This document shows, one piece after another, positions 6,441 through 15,283 of a stretch of 35,862 bases of DNA. This DNA is from a virus (lineage: Duplodnaviria; Caudoviricetes), in the IMG/VR virus record IMGVR_UViG_3300021437_000271, positions 1 to 35,862 of that record; one strand, 5' to 3'. Numbering within the stretch: position 1 is the first letter of the stretch; every line of letters starts with the position of its first letter. The notes beneath the pieces were generated by a model. It saw only the letters and a list, made by a program, of their open reading frames with translations, did not search any database and was not told the DNA's origin. The position numbers and the translations under genes were made by a program.

Positions 6441-9251
6441 TCACACCAAATTGGATTGCGTTGCAAATGTGGCCACGGCCGATACCAAGATCCACTGGCA
6501 GGTATTGTCCGCGATCCCCTGGCCAGTAGGGCCGCCGCTGGCTGCAGAGGTTCCGGTTGCCACCAGCTTGTAGATGCTGCCGCCGTTGCTGACCAGCGTG
6601 CCGAGTGTCCCGTAGCCAGTGCTGGCAGCCCAGGCCGTTGCCGGCTGCAGGCCGATCTGGCACCACACACAGCCACCCGTCGCACCATCCACGATGCCCG
6701 TACCCACGCCAGTAGGGCCGCCGCTGGCCGCTGATGTGCCGCTGGTGAGCATCATCCGGTAGGTGTTGCCGCCGTTACTGACGATCGAGCCAAACTTGTA
6801 CACAGTGCTGGCGGTCCAAGCCGCTGGCGTGATGAGGCCCGCCCACGTCCACTGGCAGGTGTTGTCCACGATGCCGGAGCCGGACGGGCCGCCAGCGGCT
6901 GCAGAGGTGCCGGCAGCCGTGCAGGCGTAGACGTTCGAGCCGTTCTTGCGCCGCTGGCCGACCGTGTAGGCGGTGCTGGCTGCCCACGACTTCGCCAGCT
7001 CACCGCCGAGCGAGCATGTCCAGCCATTGGCGGCGGAGGCCGCCGAAGCCGAGTTGCCGACCGGATTACCCTGAGCGTACCGGCCGTGCTCGCCGGCAAT
7101 GTCAGGCTTCGCGCTCGACAGCCTGATGGCAGGATCGTCCTTAATGCCTGGGCCGGCCCAGACTGCGATGGGGGCCCCATCAGGGACGCAGCCAAGCGCC
7201 GTGACGCTGAAACTGAACAACTTCAGTGCGTTCGTTCCATTCACGAGCATCACACGGAAGAAGGCCACGGATTGAGAGAAAGTAAATGTCCCCTGTCTAA
7301 ACCCGTCACCAGTAGTTCCATACGCATTGCCATACACGGCGGCGTAAGAAAGGGTAGCCGTTGAACGAACGTCAGGATATGTCGGTGACGTGTTGGTTAG
7401 TGGATTCCCATTGTAGTCAAAACACTGGATGTAAATGCGTCCCGTAAAACCCGGGATGGTGTTTGACGAAATATGGAAATTTCTGGTTGTTGGGCACGAT
7501 ACAAATGCCCCAACACCCATATTCCCGCCATTTGCTAAGAAATACTCTACGCCATTTTCGTAGCCTACATCCAAACTGCCATTCGTAAGCGTCTTCGATA
7601 TGGTTGCATTATTCTGGACAAAGTGGAAAGGACCGCTAATGTAGGCCGTATTTGCTGCCTGCCCAGAAATAAACGACGAAATATCCCCGCTTAACCAAGT
7701 TTGATTATTACGATTGGCTCGCCACGTAGGAAGGTACTGATTTCCATAGGCGCCGTTGATCTGAGAAATATCAGCAACAGTAGGTACAAGCTCCGAAGAG
7801 TAACCCATGTCATAGATATTATCTACAACTGCGTTGGCATTATTATTGCCATCGCAAATTGCAAAAACTCCAGAGTTTGACTCGTGGCGCGGATCACCCC
7901 AGTAACAATAACTACCTGCGCCAGCATGCCAAATTGGGACACGGACTAGATTTGTTGAGTTTCCGCCCATTTCATAGGCGCGACCCCACCAACGGTTATT
8001 ATTTATGGAAGACGGGTGGACGGAATCGTAGGTACAGAAAACCGTTCCGTACGCCGAGCCAAGGCCGTTTGTGGAGCTGGAACACGCAACACTACCGGAG
8101 TAGATGTTATTGTCATTGATGTTCCCAGAACTGTTATACGTGCGGAATACCTCGCCGTACTTGCAATCCTGAATCTTCTTGATCTTGATATCGTTGTAAT
8201 TTGCCCCGGCACCAGCGCTTGAGGCCACCACATAGCCACACGTTGCGTTTTCGACGCGGAGGATATCGATTGAGCACTCGATTGGGTCGTTCAGCAGCAG
8301 CGTCACATCATCGGGCGCAGTGCCGAGCATGGGGGTCCATGCATCCCACGACAGCGTGGTGTTGCGGCAGTCGAGCACCATCCGCTGCTTGATGTTCGGC
8401 GTGCCCGCTGTGCCGATGGTCACTGCGATCGCTGGACGTGCGCCAGTGTAGATCGTGTATGTGCCCGTCATGTCGATCGGGATGTTTGGCGGCAGAACAA
8501 TCGCGCCAGTATGGGGATACCCACCAGACTGTGGCAGCAAGCGCAGGCCAAGTCCGTTCGCTGCAGCGTAAGCGCCGGCAGCATTGCTGGCGGTGTGCCA
8601 GGAACCTGACACCATGCCACCGAAGCGCGGATCAGTGACTGTCACCCATTTTCTCAGGTTGCTCCCGATTTCTGAGGCGAGCGCCTCCAGATTGGTGGAA
8701 ATCCAATAATCAGGAGAATCTTGTAATGCAACTTGACCAGCAAATTGAGATCCGCCGATTACCTGAAAATTTGTACCATCATATAATACCTGAACACCAA
8801 TTCCAGAAAATAGCACCGCTGGGGATGTTCCAGATAATATTGGTTTTGCCCCAAGCCCATTGATATTTAAAGTTGGCGCTGATGAACTTGTGCCTGCTGC
8901 GACAAACTGAAACACCTGACCTGCAATGTAGTTAGTTGGCGCCGGCATCAAAACGGCTGTTATTGTATCTGAACCAGAAATGCCAGTTAGATATTGCAAT
9001 GACCCATCAGCAAGCTGGCCAAGATTTACCGCATCAGTTCGAGCTGAGCCAGAACCAAGGTTGATCAGCTTGAACCCACCCATCGGAAGATTGTTTGTTG
9101 GCGGCGCCTGACCATCGCGCGGCATCGAGTTGGTGAGCTCGGCGGCAATGTCGGCCATGGTCGGATTGGCCCACCCGGTCGTGATCTGCGTTCCGGTGAC
9201 AACCGGATTGGTCGAGTGCAGGCTGAAAGTGCCGTTTCCTAAGCGTGGCAT
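6441..9251 (-). CDS. tailspike / receptor-binding protein (virion anchor, probable beta-helix, three C-terminal CBM-like repeats)
   Basis: N-terminal RDGQ.P.T.NLPMGGFKL.NLG...DAVNLGQL anchor; Asn/Gly-rich centre; W(A/T)AST.Y repeats; last gene of the tail module. Confidence 0.85.
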   Translation of the reverse strand: MPRLGNGTFSLHSTNPVVTGTQITTGWANPTMADIAAELTNSMPRDGQAPPTNNLPMGGFKLINLGSGSARTDAVNLGQLADGSLQYLTGISGSDTITAVLMPAPTNYIAGQVFQFVAAGTSSSAPTLNINGLGAKPILSGTSPAVLFSGIGVQVLYDGTNFQVIGGSQFAGQVALQDSPDYWISTNLEALASEIGSNLRKWVTVTDPRFGGMVSGSWHTASNAAGAYAAANGLGLRLLPQSGGYPHTGAIVLPPNIPIDMTGTYTIYTGARPAIAVTIGTAGTPNIKQRMVLDCRNTTLSWDAWTPMLGTAPDDVTLLLNDPIECSIDILRVENATCGYVVASSAGAGANYNDIKIKKIQDCKYGEVFRTYNSSGNINDNNIYSGSVACSSSTNGLGSAYGTVFCTYDSVHPSSINNNRWWGRAYEMGGNSTNLVRVPIWHAGAGSYCYWGDPRHESNSGVFAICDGNNNANAVVDNIYDMGYSSELVPTVADISQINGAYGNQYLPTWRANRNNQTWLSGDISSFISGQAANTAYISGPFHFVQNNATISKTLTNGSLDVGYENGVEYFLANGGNMGVGAFVSCPTTRNFHISSNTIPGFTGRIYIQCFDYNGNPLTNTSPTYPDVRSTATLSYAAVYGNAYGTTGDGFRQGTFTFSQSVAFFRVMLVNGTNALKLFSFSVTALGCVPDGAPIAVWAGPGIKDDPAIRLSSAKPDIAGEHGRYAQGNPVGNSASAASAANGWTCSLGGELAKSWAASTAYTVGQRRKNGSNVYACTAAGTSAAAGGPSGSGIVDNTCQWTWAGLITPAAWTASTVYKFGSIVSNGGNTYRMMLTSGTSAASGGPTGVGTGIVDGATGGCVWCQIGLQPATAWAASTGYGTLGTLVSNGGSIYKLVATGTSAASGGPTGQGIADNTCQWILVSAVATFATQSNLV

Positions 9252-9267
9252 ATTGGAGTTCTCCGAG

Positions 9268-9293
9268 CAAAGAAAAACCGCCTCATGGGCGGT
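9268..9293 (-). terminator. intrinsic terminator-like hairpin upstream of the tailspike gene
   Basis: Minus strand ACCGCC-CATGA-GGCGGT followed by TTTTCTTT. Confidence 0.6.
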
Positions 9294-9301
9294 CTGAAGT
9301 C

Positions 9302-9592
9302 ATGGCGATGAACGAGCAATTCTTGGTGGCCTTGCTGCGGCCATTCGTTCACCTGGCAATCTGGGTGGTATTCATCTGGCCGGCCACCTGGGCCGTGAGG
9401 CGCTACATGCGCGATGGGCCACTGAAGCGGTTATTGCTCAAGCGCTGGGGCGACGGTGGGGGCGAGCGCATTGACGGTCGTGGCGCTCCCTGCGGTGCTG
9501 GTGTAGCGGCGCAGCAGCTCGGCCATCGCCTGGGATTTCAGTGCGGCCGGTGCATTCGAGGCCTGAAGCGCCTTGATCGTCAGCTCAGGTGA
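9302..9592 (+). CDS. small counter-oriented membrane protein (possible superinfection exclusion moron)
   Basis: MAMNEQFLVALLRPFVHLAIWVVFIWPATWAVRRYMRDGPLKRLLLKRW fills the gap between the ejection gene and the tailspike; 3' part overlaps 9431-11215. Confidence 0.5.
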   Translation: MAMNEQFLVALLRPFVHLAIWVVFIWPATWAVRRYMRDGPLKRLLLKRWGDGGGERIDGRGAPCGAGVAAQQLGHRLGFQCGRCIRGLKRLDRQLR

Positions 9593-11215
9593 CAGCAAGG
9601 TGTCGCCGATCTTCTGCAGTACCTGCGGCTCAGCGAGCTGGCCTGCGTACTGCGCAGGCGCCAGCAGGGTGCGCAGCAGCGTGTTTTTGGCGACGGCATC
9701 CGGCGCGCCGAACGGCCCAAGCACGCTGCGGATGATGTTCTGACTCACGAGGTTCTGAGCAGTGTCGCTTCCTGGTGCTGCCGCCAGCTTGGTGGCATTG
9801 CTGCTGCGCGCCAGATCCTGTGCCACCGAGTTGAGTGTCGCCACATGCTCGGCCGGCAGCACGCTGTCGAGCGTCGCCGAAGGAATGCCGGTGATGCGCC
9901 GGGCTGCAGCGTCGCCGCCGCGCAGCGCCTGCGCGTAGGCGGCCGTGTTGAGGCCGCCAGATCCACCAAAGTCGTTGATGGAAGGAACCAGCTTGTCGAG
10001 CATGTGCTGGCCGACGTCCATCTCATTGATCGGCTTGGACATGGCTGCATAGGTGTCCATGGCGTCGCCGTAGAGCGGGCTCAGATTGCGGATGCCCGTG
10101 ACCAGATCGTTTTTCAGACCGGTGTAACCGGCGGCCAGCGCCGGGTTCTTCTCGATCGAAATCATCCCGTCCAGCGCCATCTTGGTCCAATGCAGTCCAT
10201 CGATCACGGATGAGTCATTCATCGGTGTGCCGTTGACCTGGGCAATCTCGCGCGCCGTGTTCAGCACCGGCTGTGGGACGCGAGATTGGAACTTCACGAT
10301 GTTGGCCTGAGCCTCCGGCGTCAGCGCCTCCGGATCGAAGCCGGCCTTGCGTGCAGCGCCATACATCTCGTTGGCAACTGCATCCCGATCGGCGGCGAAG
10401 TAGTCACGCTGTCCAACATCGCCCGCAACCGTGCGCACAGCCGCAACCCGTGCAGCATTCTGGCCTTGGGTGCGCGTCTGAAAGGCATCGCGCACTGGTG
10501 GGCTGAGCTGCTGCACTTGCTTCTGCAGCTGCGCCAGGCCAGCGGTGCCGGCCGCCTCCGCCGCCGTCGGCTTCGATCCCGGCACCAACTCTGCACCGCC
10601 TGCTTTGAGCTTGGCAATGGTTCCCGCCGTGTCCGGCACGAACTGGCGCAAGGCATCGACCAGCATCTTCTGCCGGCCGCTTTCAAAGAAAGGCTGCAGC
10701 GTGGATTTGACGAGCCCGTATCCTGACTGCAGCGCGCGGCCAGCGATGTTCCCGGCTGCGCCGCCAACGTAACCGCCCAGTGTGTCGGCCACCGCTTCGC
10801 CAGACGTCAGGTGCGGCTGAGCCCACCCGAGCAGCGCGCCGACGCCAGCCGCACCCGCCAAGCCGTTGACACCAGGAATGGCAGCAGTCGGCAGCGCTGC
10901 AACAACACTGCCAGCCAGATGACCGGCACGGCCGCCGCCCGTTTTCATCAGGGCATCATCCAGCCGGCGAGATTCGGCAATGTCATCGGTGGACACCAGA
11001 CCGAGCTTCTGGCCAACGCCGCGCCCCAGATCTGTCATGGCCTTGCCGGCCCCCGCCAGGCCAAGCTGAAGCGGCGACATGCCTTCGGTCGGATCAGCCG
11101 TCAGTGGCGGCAGCACGCTGGCGGCATGGATTCGATCTTCCCAGTTCGTCGGTGCCGGCATCGTCGCAACAGCTGGCGCGAGCCGGTCTTCCCAGTTGTT
11201 CGAGGTCGAGGCCAT
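9431..11215 (-). CDS. internal virion / DNA ejection protein (large)
   Basis: 594 aa, Ala/Gly-rich helical, GxxxG-rich hydrophobic stretch near the N-terminus; podovirus ejection position. Confidence 0.7.
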   Translation of the reverse strand: MASTSNNWEDRLAPAVATMPAPTNWEDRIHAASVLPPLTADPTEGMSPLQLGLAGAGKAMTDLGRGVGQKLGLVSTDDIAESRRLDDALMKTGGGRAGHLAGSVVAALPTAAIPGVNGLAGAAGVGALLGWAQPHLTSGEAVADTLGGYVGGAAGNIAGRALQSGYGLVKSTLQPFFESGRQKMLVDALRQFVPDTAGTIAKLKAGGAELVPGSKPTAAEAAGTAGLAQLQKQVQQLSPPVRDAFQTRTQGQNAARVAAVRTVAGDVGQRDYFAADRDAVANEMYGAARKAGFDPEALTPEAQANIVKFQSRVPQPVLNTAREIAQVNGTPMNDSSVIDGLHWTKMALDGMISIEKNPALAAGYTGLKNDLVTGIRNLSPLYGDAMDTYAAMSKPINEMDVGQHMLDKLVPSINDFGGSGGLNTAAYAQALRGGDAAARRITGIPSATLDSVLPAEHVATLNSVAQDLARSSNATKLAAAPGSDTAQNLVSQNIIRSVLGPFGAPDAVAKNTLLRTLLAPAQYAGQLAEPQVLQKIGDTLLSPELTIKALQASNAPAALKSQAMAELLRRYTSTAGSATTVNALAPTVAPALEQ

Positions 11216-11216
11216 G

Positions 11217-13208
11217 TCAGTTCAGGATTCCGAGTTGTCGAGCCTGCCGGGCTTTCTGCAGGAATCCGGCGCGCTCAGTGGCAGGCATCAGGCTGAGGAT
11301 GCGAGCCCGTTCCTGGTCGCTGGCGGCATGCTCGATCTGCCACAGGCGCGGGTCAGCCATTGGCGAGAACTTGGTCTCGAAGTCAGCGTAGGCCTGCGGG
11401 CTCGTGGTGTTCGGATTCGGAGCAACTTTGTCCTTTGCGATCAGCATGCGCTGATAGGCAATCAGCTCCTGAGCGGCCTCCTTGATCGCCGGGCCGTTCA
11501 TGGTCTTTGCGTTCGGGTTGGATGCCTCCGCTAGCGCCTGTAGCGCGTCGGTTCCTCCGCTGCCGGCGGCTTGCCGCTGAGCGCCGACCAGCATGTTGAG
11601 GTTCTTGACCATGATCTGGTAGTTCTGCGCCAAGTCCTTGCCGACGGGAATGCCAAGCGTCTGCAACACGCCGTTCACAAACTGCAGCTTGTCAGCGCCG
11701 GGTCCGGCCAGCGTCTTGTCGGCCAGCTGTTCGATCGACTGCAGCAGGGCGATGGCGCGCGGCGCGGCGGTGGTGGCCTGGGTGTGCAGGTCGTTGTATG
11801 ACTGCACGGCGTTCTTGGCTGTGCCTTCTCCCAGGGCGTTGGCGGTGGCAGCCTGGCCGAGCGCCGGGCCCGTCTGGATACCTGGCGCACGGCTTGGAGC
11901 AGCGACACGCGGCGCCACTCGTGCAATCTCGCGGTCGATCGCAGCCAGATCGGCTGGAGGCGCTCCACTGGTCACCATGCGTTGCCGCTCCTGCTGCAGA
12001 ATGGCCAGCGAGTCGGCGCCGTAGCTGTTCACCGACCCGCCGGCAGCGGCCGTTCGATCCGGTGCGCTGCGCGCACTGATGGGCGGCGCACCGGTGGCCT
12101 GCACGGGCGGAACACCGGAAAGTCCGGGCACCTGCGGTGGGGTCAGCACGTTGCCGACGTAGTTTCGGTACGGCGCACCGGTTGCCGGGTCGAAGCCCTC
12201 GACCAGCTGGAACGGAGCCTTGCCGCTTTCCTTGGCGGCCGTCGCGGCAGTCATGGCGCCGACACCGCCCGGCACCGGCACGATCTGCCATCCGGTCGGC
12301 GTCTGCACCGCCTGGAAACCCTCAGGCACCTGCGGCAGCTGATCGCGGGTGCCGTTCGGGTTCTGCACGTAGCCGCCGGGGCGCAGGCTGGTCGGAGCGA
12401 TATAGTTCTGCTTCGTGATGTTGTTGCGCAGCACCTGCTGGCCTTGAGGCGATGCCGGGTCGATGCCGGCGCTCAGCAGCGTCTTTGTCAGGTCAGTGCG
12501 GTTGTCCGTGCGCGAAAGGAACTCTTTCGTGTAGGCCTCAGGCCCGCCAAGCAGCATGGCCGCCATTGCGCGCTGTGGCGTCATGCCGGGCATGGCGAGC
12601 GGGCCGCCCCCTGATGATGGCGGCAAGCTTGGCGCCGGCACTCCGGTGGGCGCCGGCTGAGGCTGCATCGGCGCAGCTGCCGCCGGCTGCTGTCGAAGCA
12701 TGTCGGCCATCAGAGCCGCATTCTGGTTTGTCGGCCCAACGCTGCCGGATGCTGCGCCCGCGCCGAGCGCGGCCTCTGCCGGGCTCGGGGTAGCAGCTGC
12801 TGATGAGGTTGGCGTCGGATCACCAGACCCGTCTGGCGGTGTCGCTGCTGCCGCCGGCTGATCGCCGAAGATCATCGACCGCATCGCGGCGCCTTGGCCT
12901 TGTGCGATGCTGAGATTTGTCTTGGCGAGCTCGACGGCTTTCTGGTTGGCCTCGTCTTGCGTATCTCGCGCCATCTTCCCCATCAAAATCTTCGAGATCG
13001 CCTCAAGTGGCCCGATGCGAGCTACCCGACCGCCCGGAACTGTCCGGTTTTGGTCGATGGGCGAAAAGGCCTGCTGTCGAAGCATTTGTGCATAGATCTG
13101 GGCCTGTTGGGCTTGCTGTTGCTGCAACGCCTGGTCTGCATAGAGCTGCCCCTGCTCTGGGCTCTGCTGCACGAGCAGCGCGGCCATTGGGCTGATGGCT
13201 TGCGGCAT
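11217..13208 (-). CDS. internal virion / DNA ejection protein
   Basis: 663 aa, Gln/Ala/Pro-rich; position in the ejection cluster. Confidence 0.7.
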   Translation of the reverse strand: MPQAISPMAALLVQQSPEQGQLYADQALQQQQAQQAQIYAQMLRQQAFSPIDQNRTVPGGRVARIGPLEAISKILMGKMARDTQDEANQKAVELAKTNLSIAQGQGAAMRSMIFGDQPAAAATPPDGSGDPTPTSSAAATPSPAEAALGAGAASGSVGPTNQNAALMADMLRQQPAAAAPMQPQPAPTGVPAPSLPPSSGGGPLAMPGMTPQRAMAAMLLGGPEAYTKEFLSRTDNRTDLTKTLLSAGIDPASPQGQQVLRNNITKQNYIAPTSLRPGGYVQNPNGTRDQLPQVPEGFQAVQTPTGWQIVPVPGGVGAMTAATAAKESGKAPFQLVEGFDPATGAPYRNYVGNVLTPPQVPGLSGVPPVQATGAPPISARSAPDRTAAAGGSVNSYGADSLAILQQERQRMVTSGAPPADLAAIDREIARVAPRVAAPSRAPGIQTGPALGQAATANALGEGTAKNAVQSYNDLHTQATTAAPRAIALLQSIEQLADKTLAGPGADKLQFVNGVLQTLGIPVGKDLAQNYQIMVKNLNMLVGAQRQAAGSGGTDALQALAEASNPNAKTMNGPAIKEAAQELIAYQRMLIAKDKVAPNPNTTSPQAYADFETKFSPMADPRLWQIEHAASDQERARILSLMPATERAGFLQKARQARQLGILN

Positions 13209-13209
13209 G

Positions 13210-13818
13210 TCAGTCCTTTCCGAATCGTGCGGCCGCCGAGCTGAGCTTGCTGGCAGTCATCATGGCGTTTTGCAGCACGAGGTTTTGCAACTCATCCGGG
13301 ATGCGGTCGAGCATGCGCTGCACGTCAGCGCCGTGATCCACATCATGGGTTGCGTGGTACCGAAGCGTCTTGAGCAATGCCGTGCCGTGCAGCGCTTCCA
13401 GCTCTTCCACCACATCCAGAGGCATCGGGGAGCACTCCAGCACCGCCATGTAGCCGAGCAGCGCTGCCGGGTGCGCATGGTGCGCCAGGTAGTACTGCAC
13501 TCCTGCCAGCTCGGCTGCAGCCAGGTTCAGTTTTTGGCTGATCGGATCCACATCAACGGCCTTCAGATCGGTCGCCAGCCATTCAGCGTGGTCCCGCTCC
13601 TCTTCAAGATGGGCACGGTAGTAGCGCAACAGATCCAGATCAAAACCATGTGGCGAGGAAGCATGCAGCCTCAGGATGGCGGCCTTGATCAACTGCTCGC
13701 TGGCCACGATCAACTGGTGAACGAACACGAGGTTGTCGATCAGCACACGAGGATTGCGCAAATCAGCGCAGATGCTGATCGATCGGACGGATGACAAGAG
13801 TTTTTCAGAAAAGCTCAT
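13210..13818 (-). CDS. heme-oxygenase-like diiron oxidase (iron-containing redox enzyme, CADD/PqqC-like fold)
   Basis: H70-x3-E74-x2-H77..W..DL, GY...LE128 and H155-x3-D159-x2-H162 match the HDO diiron ligand pattern; all-helical, 202 aa. Confidence 0.85.
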   Translation of the reverse strand: MSFSEKLLSSVRSISICADLRNPRVLIDNLVFVHQLIVASEQLIKAAILRLHASSPHGFDLDLLRYYRAHLEEERDHAEWLATDLKAVDVDPISQKLNLAAAELAGVQYYLAHHAHPAALLGYMAVLECSPMPLDVVEELEALHGTALLKTLRYHATHDVDHGADVQRMLDRIPDELQNLVLQNAMMTASKLSSAAARFGKD

Positions 13819-14072
13819 CCGATATCTCCGAGCATGCCGGCGTCTGGCCCTGCCAGGTTTGGCGCAACTCCAGGCTGCTTTGGCGGCATGCCGGCAAGCC
13901 CTGGCCGCATCAGATTTTTCATCGCCAAGCCCTGCATCAGGCCATTAATGGCTGATGCCGCCGGAGATGCCCCGGGTGATTGCTGCCTAAGTAGCATGGC
14001 CATCATTTGGCGCTGCTGCTGATCTTTCATTGCCTGATCGGTTGGCGATGGCGCATTCGGGTCGAATTCCAT
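13815..14072 (-). CDS. small Gln/Met/Pro-rich probable internal virion protein
   Basis: 85 aa, QQQRQMMAMLLRQQSP; ATGA overlap with the HDO gene. Confidence 0.6.
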   Translation of the reverse strand: MEFDPNAPSPTDQAMKDQQQRQMMAMLLRQQSPGASPAASAINGLMQGLAMKNLMRPGLAGMPPKQPGVAPNLAGPDAGMLGDIG

Positions 14073-14079
14073 GCGGTAC

Positions 14080-14871
14080 TCAGTAGAAGTACATGGCCGC
14101 CATTGCGGCGGCGGTCACTTCAGAATTTGTGGTTGCCTGATTGGCATTGTTCACGCCTTGCTGCCAGTTTCCAGCCGCTTGCGTTGCCCCAAGAAGATCG
14201 GCGCCGGTTGTCTGCTGCTGCTGCGGTGCGCCAGTAAATGTCGGGCTGGTGACCTGATTTCCGGTGCGCAGCGCATTGATCTGATTGATTGGAGCATCGC
14301 GCAACGCCGTCTGCACTTGGAGTCCTTGCTGTTGCGCCTGCTGCCCCATTCCGAAACCGCTGGTGATGGCATGATCCTGAGCGTTGTTTTCATTCACGCC
14401 GAGCTGCCGCTCCATGTTGTTCCATGCCTCGGATCCTTGCGTGATGCCCTGATTCGCAGCCTGGCTCTCGGCGGTTTCCCTGTTCATCTTCAGATCGGGT
14501 GCTGCCATGCGCATGTACGCCTGCTGGCCGTTCTCGCCAGCATGCACCATGCTGGACGGGATATCGGATGCCGTGATCGGGTTTTCCATGCTGCTGCTGA
14601 TCTGGCTCAGCGTGTGGCCGCCAAGGCCGAGCAGGCCAGTTTGCAGCCCGTAGTTCTGGTCCAGCAGCCGTTGCTGTTGAGGGCTCAGCGTTTGGGTGGA
14701 TGACCACTGCCCGTCAGGCGTTGTTGGTGGCGTGTAGGTCAGGTTTCCATAAGGCGTTTGCTGGTTGACTCGGTTGGCGTTGGTCGTGTACTTGGCGGCA
14801 TCAAGGTTTCCTGATGCAGTGGCCTGCGCTGCGCCGACATAGTCTGGCGCCGGCGATGATTTACTTCCCAT
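14080..14871 (-). CDS. DNA pilot / small ejection protein
   Basis: MGSKSSPAPDY.GAA.ATA..N...NRVNQ.TPYG.L.Y N-terminus typical of podovirus pilot proteins downstream of a GNAT; Gln/Asn-rich. Confidence 0.7.
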   Translation of the reverse strand: MGSKSSPAPDYVGAAQATASGNLDAAKYTTNANRVNQQTPYGNLTYTPPTTPDGQWSSTQTLSPQQQRLLDQNYGLQTGLLGLGGHTLSQISSSMENPITASDIPSSMVHAGENGQQAYMRMAAPDLKMNRETAESQAANQGITQGSEAWNNMERQLGVNENNAQDHAITSGFGMGQQAQQQGLQVQTALRDAPINQINALRTGNQVTSPTFTGAPQQQQTTGADLLGATQAAGNWQQGVNNANQATTNSEVTAAAMAAMYFY

Positions 14872-15283
14872 GGCGGTCCTTGAGGTCGAGGAAGCGGCAC
14901 TGCTCCCGGGTCATGGTGTAGATGAGCAGATCGCCGCCTGGCGCGGCGCCGTGGATGGTTGCCTCCAGCTGGAAACCAAGGTGCTCGTCGAAGGCGCGGG
15001 CGCGGGCGTTGGCGGCATCCACCAAGCCGATGATCTTGCGCACGTGCAGCTGATTGAATGGGTAGTCAAAGGCTGCGAAGAGGAAGCCGCAATCCAGCCA
15101 ATGGGCACTACTGGCTGCGACATGGCCGCAGATTGAGGCGCCATTCCAGGCGTCGTATTTCACGCCCGCAATCAGCCTGCCGTCGCGCTCCAGGCCGATG
15201 CCGATGGCGCACGGGTCTGGCGTGCCGCCGTTGATGGCATCCACCCAGGCCACCACAGGAGCACCCGTCACGATGCGCCTCAC
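14861..15283 (-). CDS. GNAT-family acyltransferase (DUF2824/T7 gp13-like position)
   Basis: IGLERDGRLIAGV.Y, F.YPF.QL.V.K..G.V...N..A..F.EHLGF..E, GDL..Y.M.RE.CRFL. Confidence 0.85.
   Translation of the reverse strand: MRRIVTGAPVVAWVDAINGGTPDPCAIGIGLERDGRLIAGVKYDAWNGASICGHVAASSAHWLDCGFLFAAFDYPFNQLHVRKIIGLVDAANARARAFDEHLGFQLEATIHGAAPGGDLLIYTMTREQCRFLDLKDRHGK

Noticed and set aside
13210-13818. HDO as an auxiliary metabolic gene (PqqC/TenA/heme degradation)
   Set aside because: The diiron ligand set fits CADD-like HDOs rather than PqqC, TenA or heme oxygenase, and no metabolic partner genes are present. Kept only as a less likely alternative.
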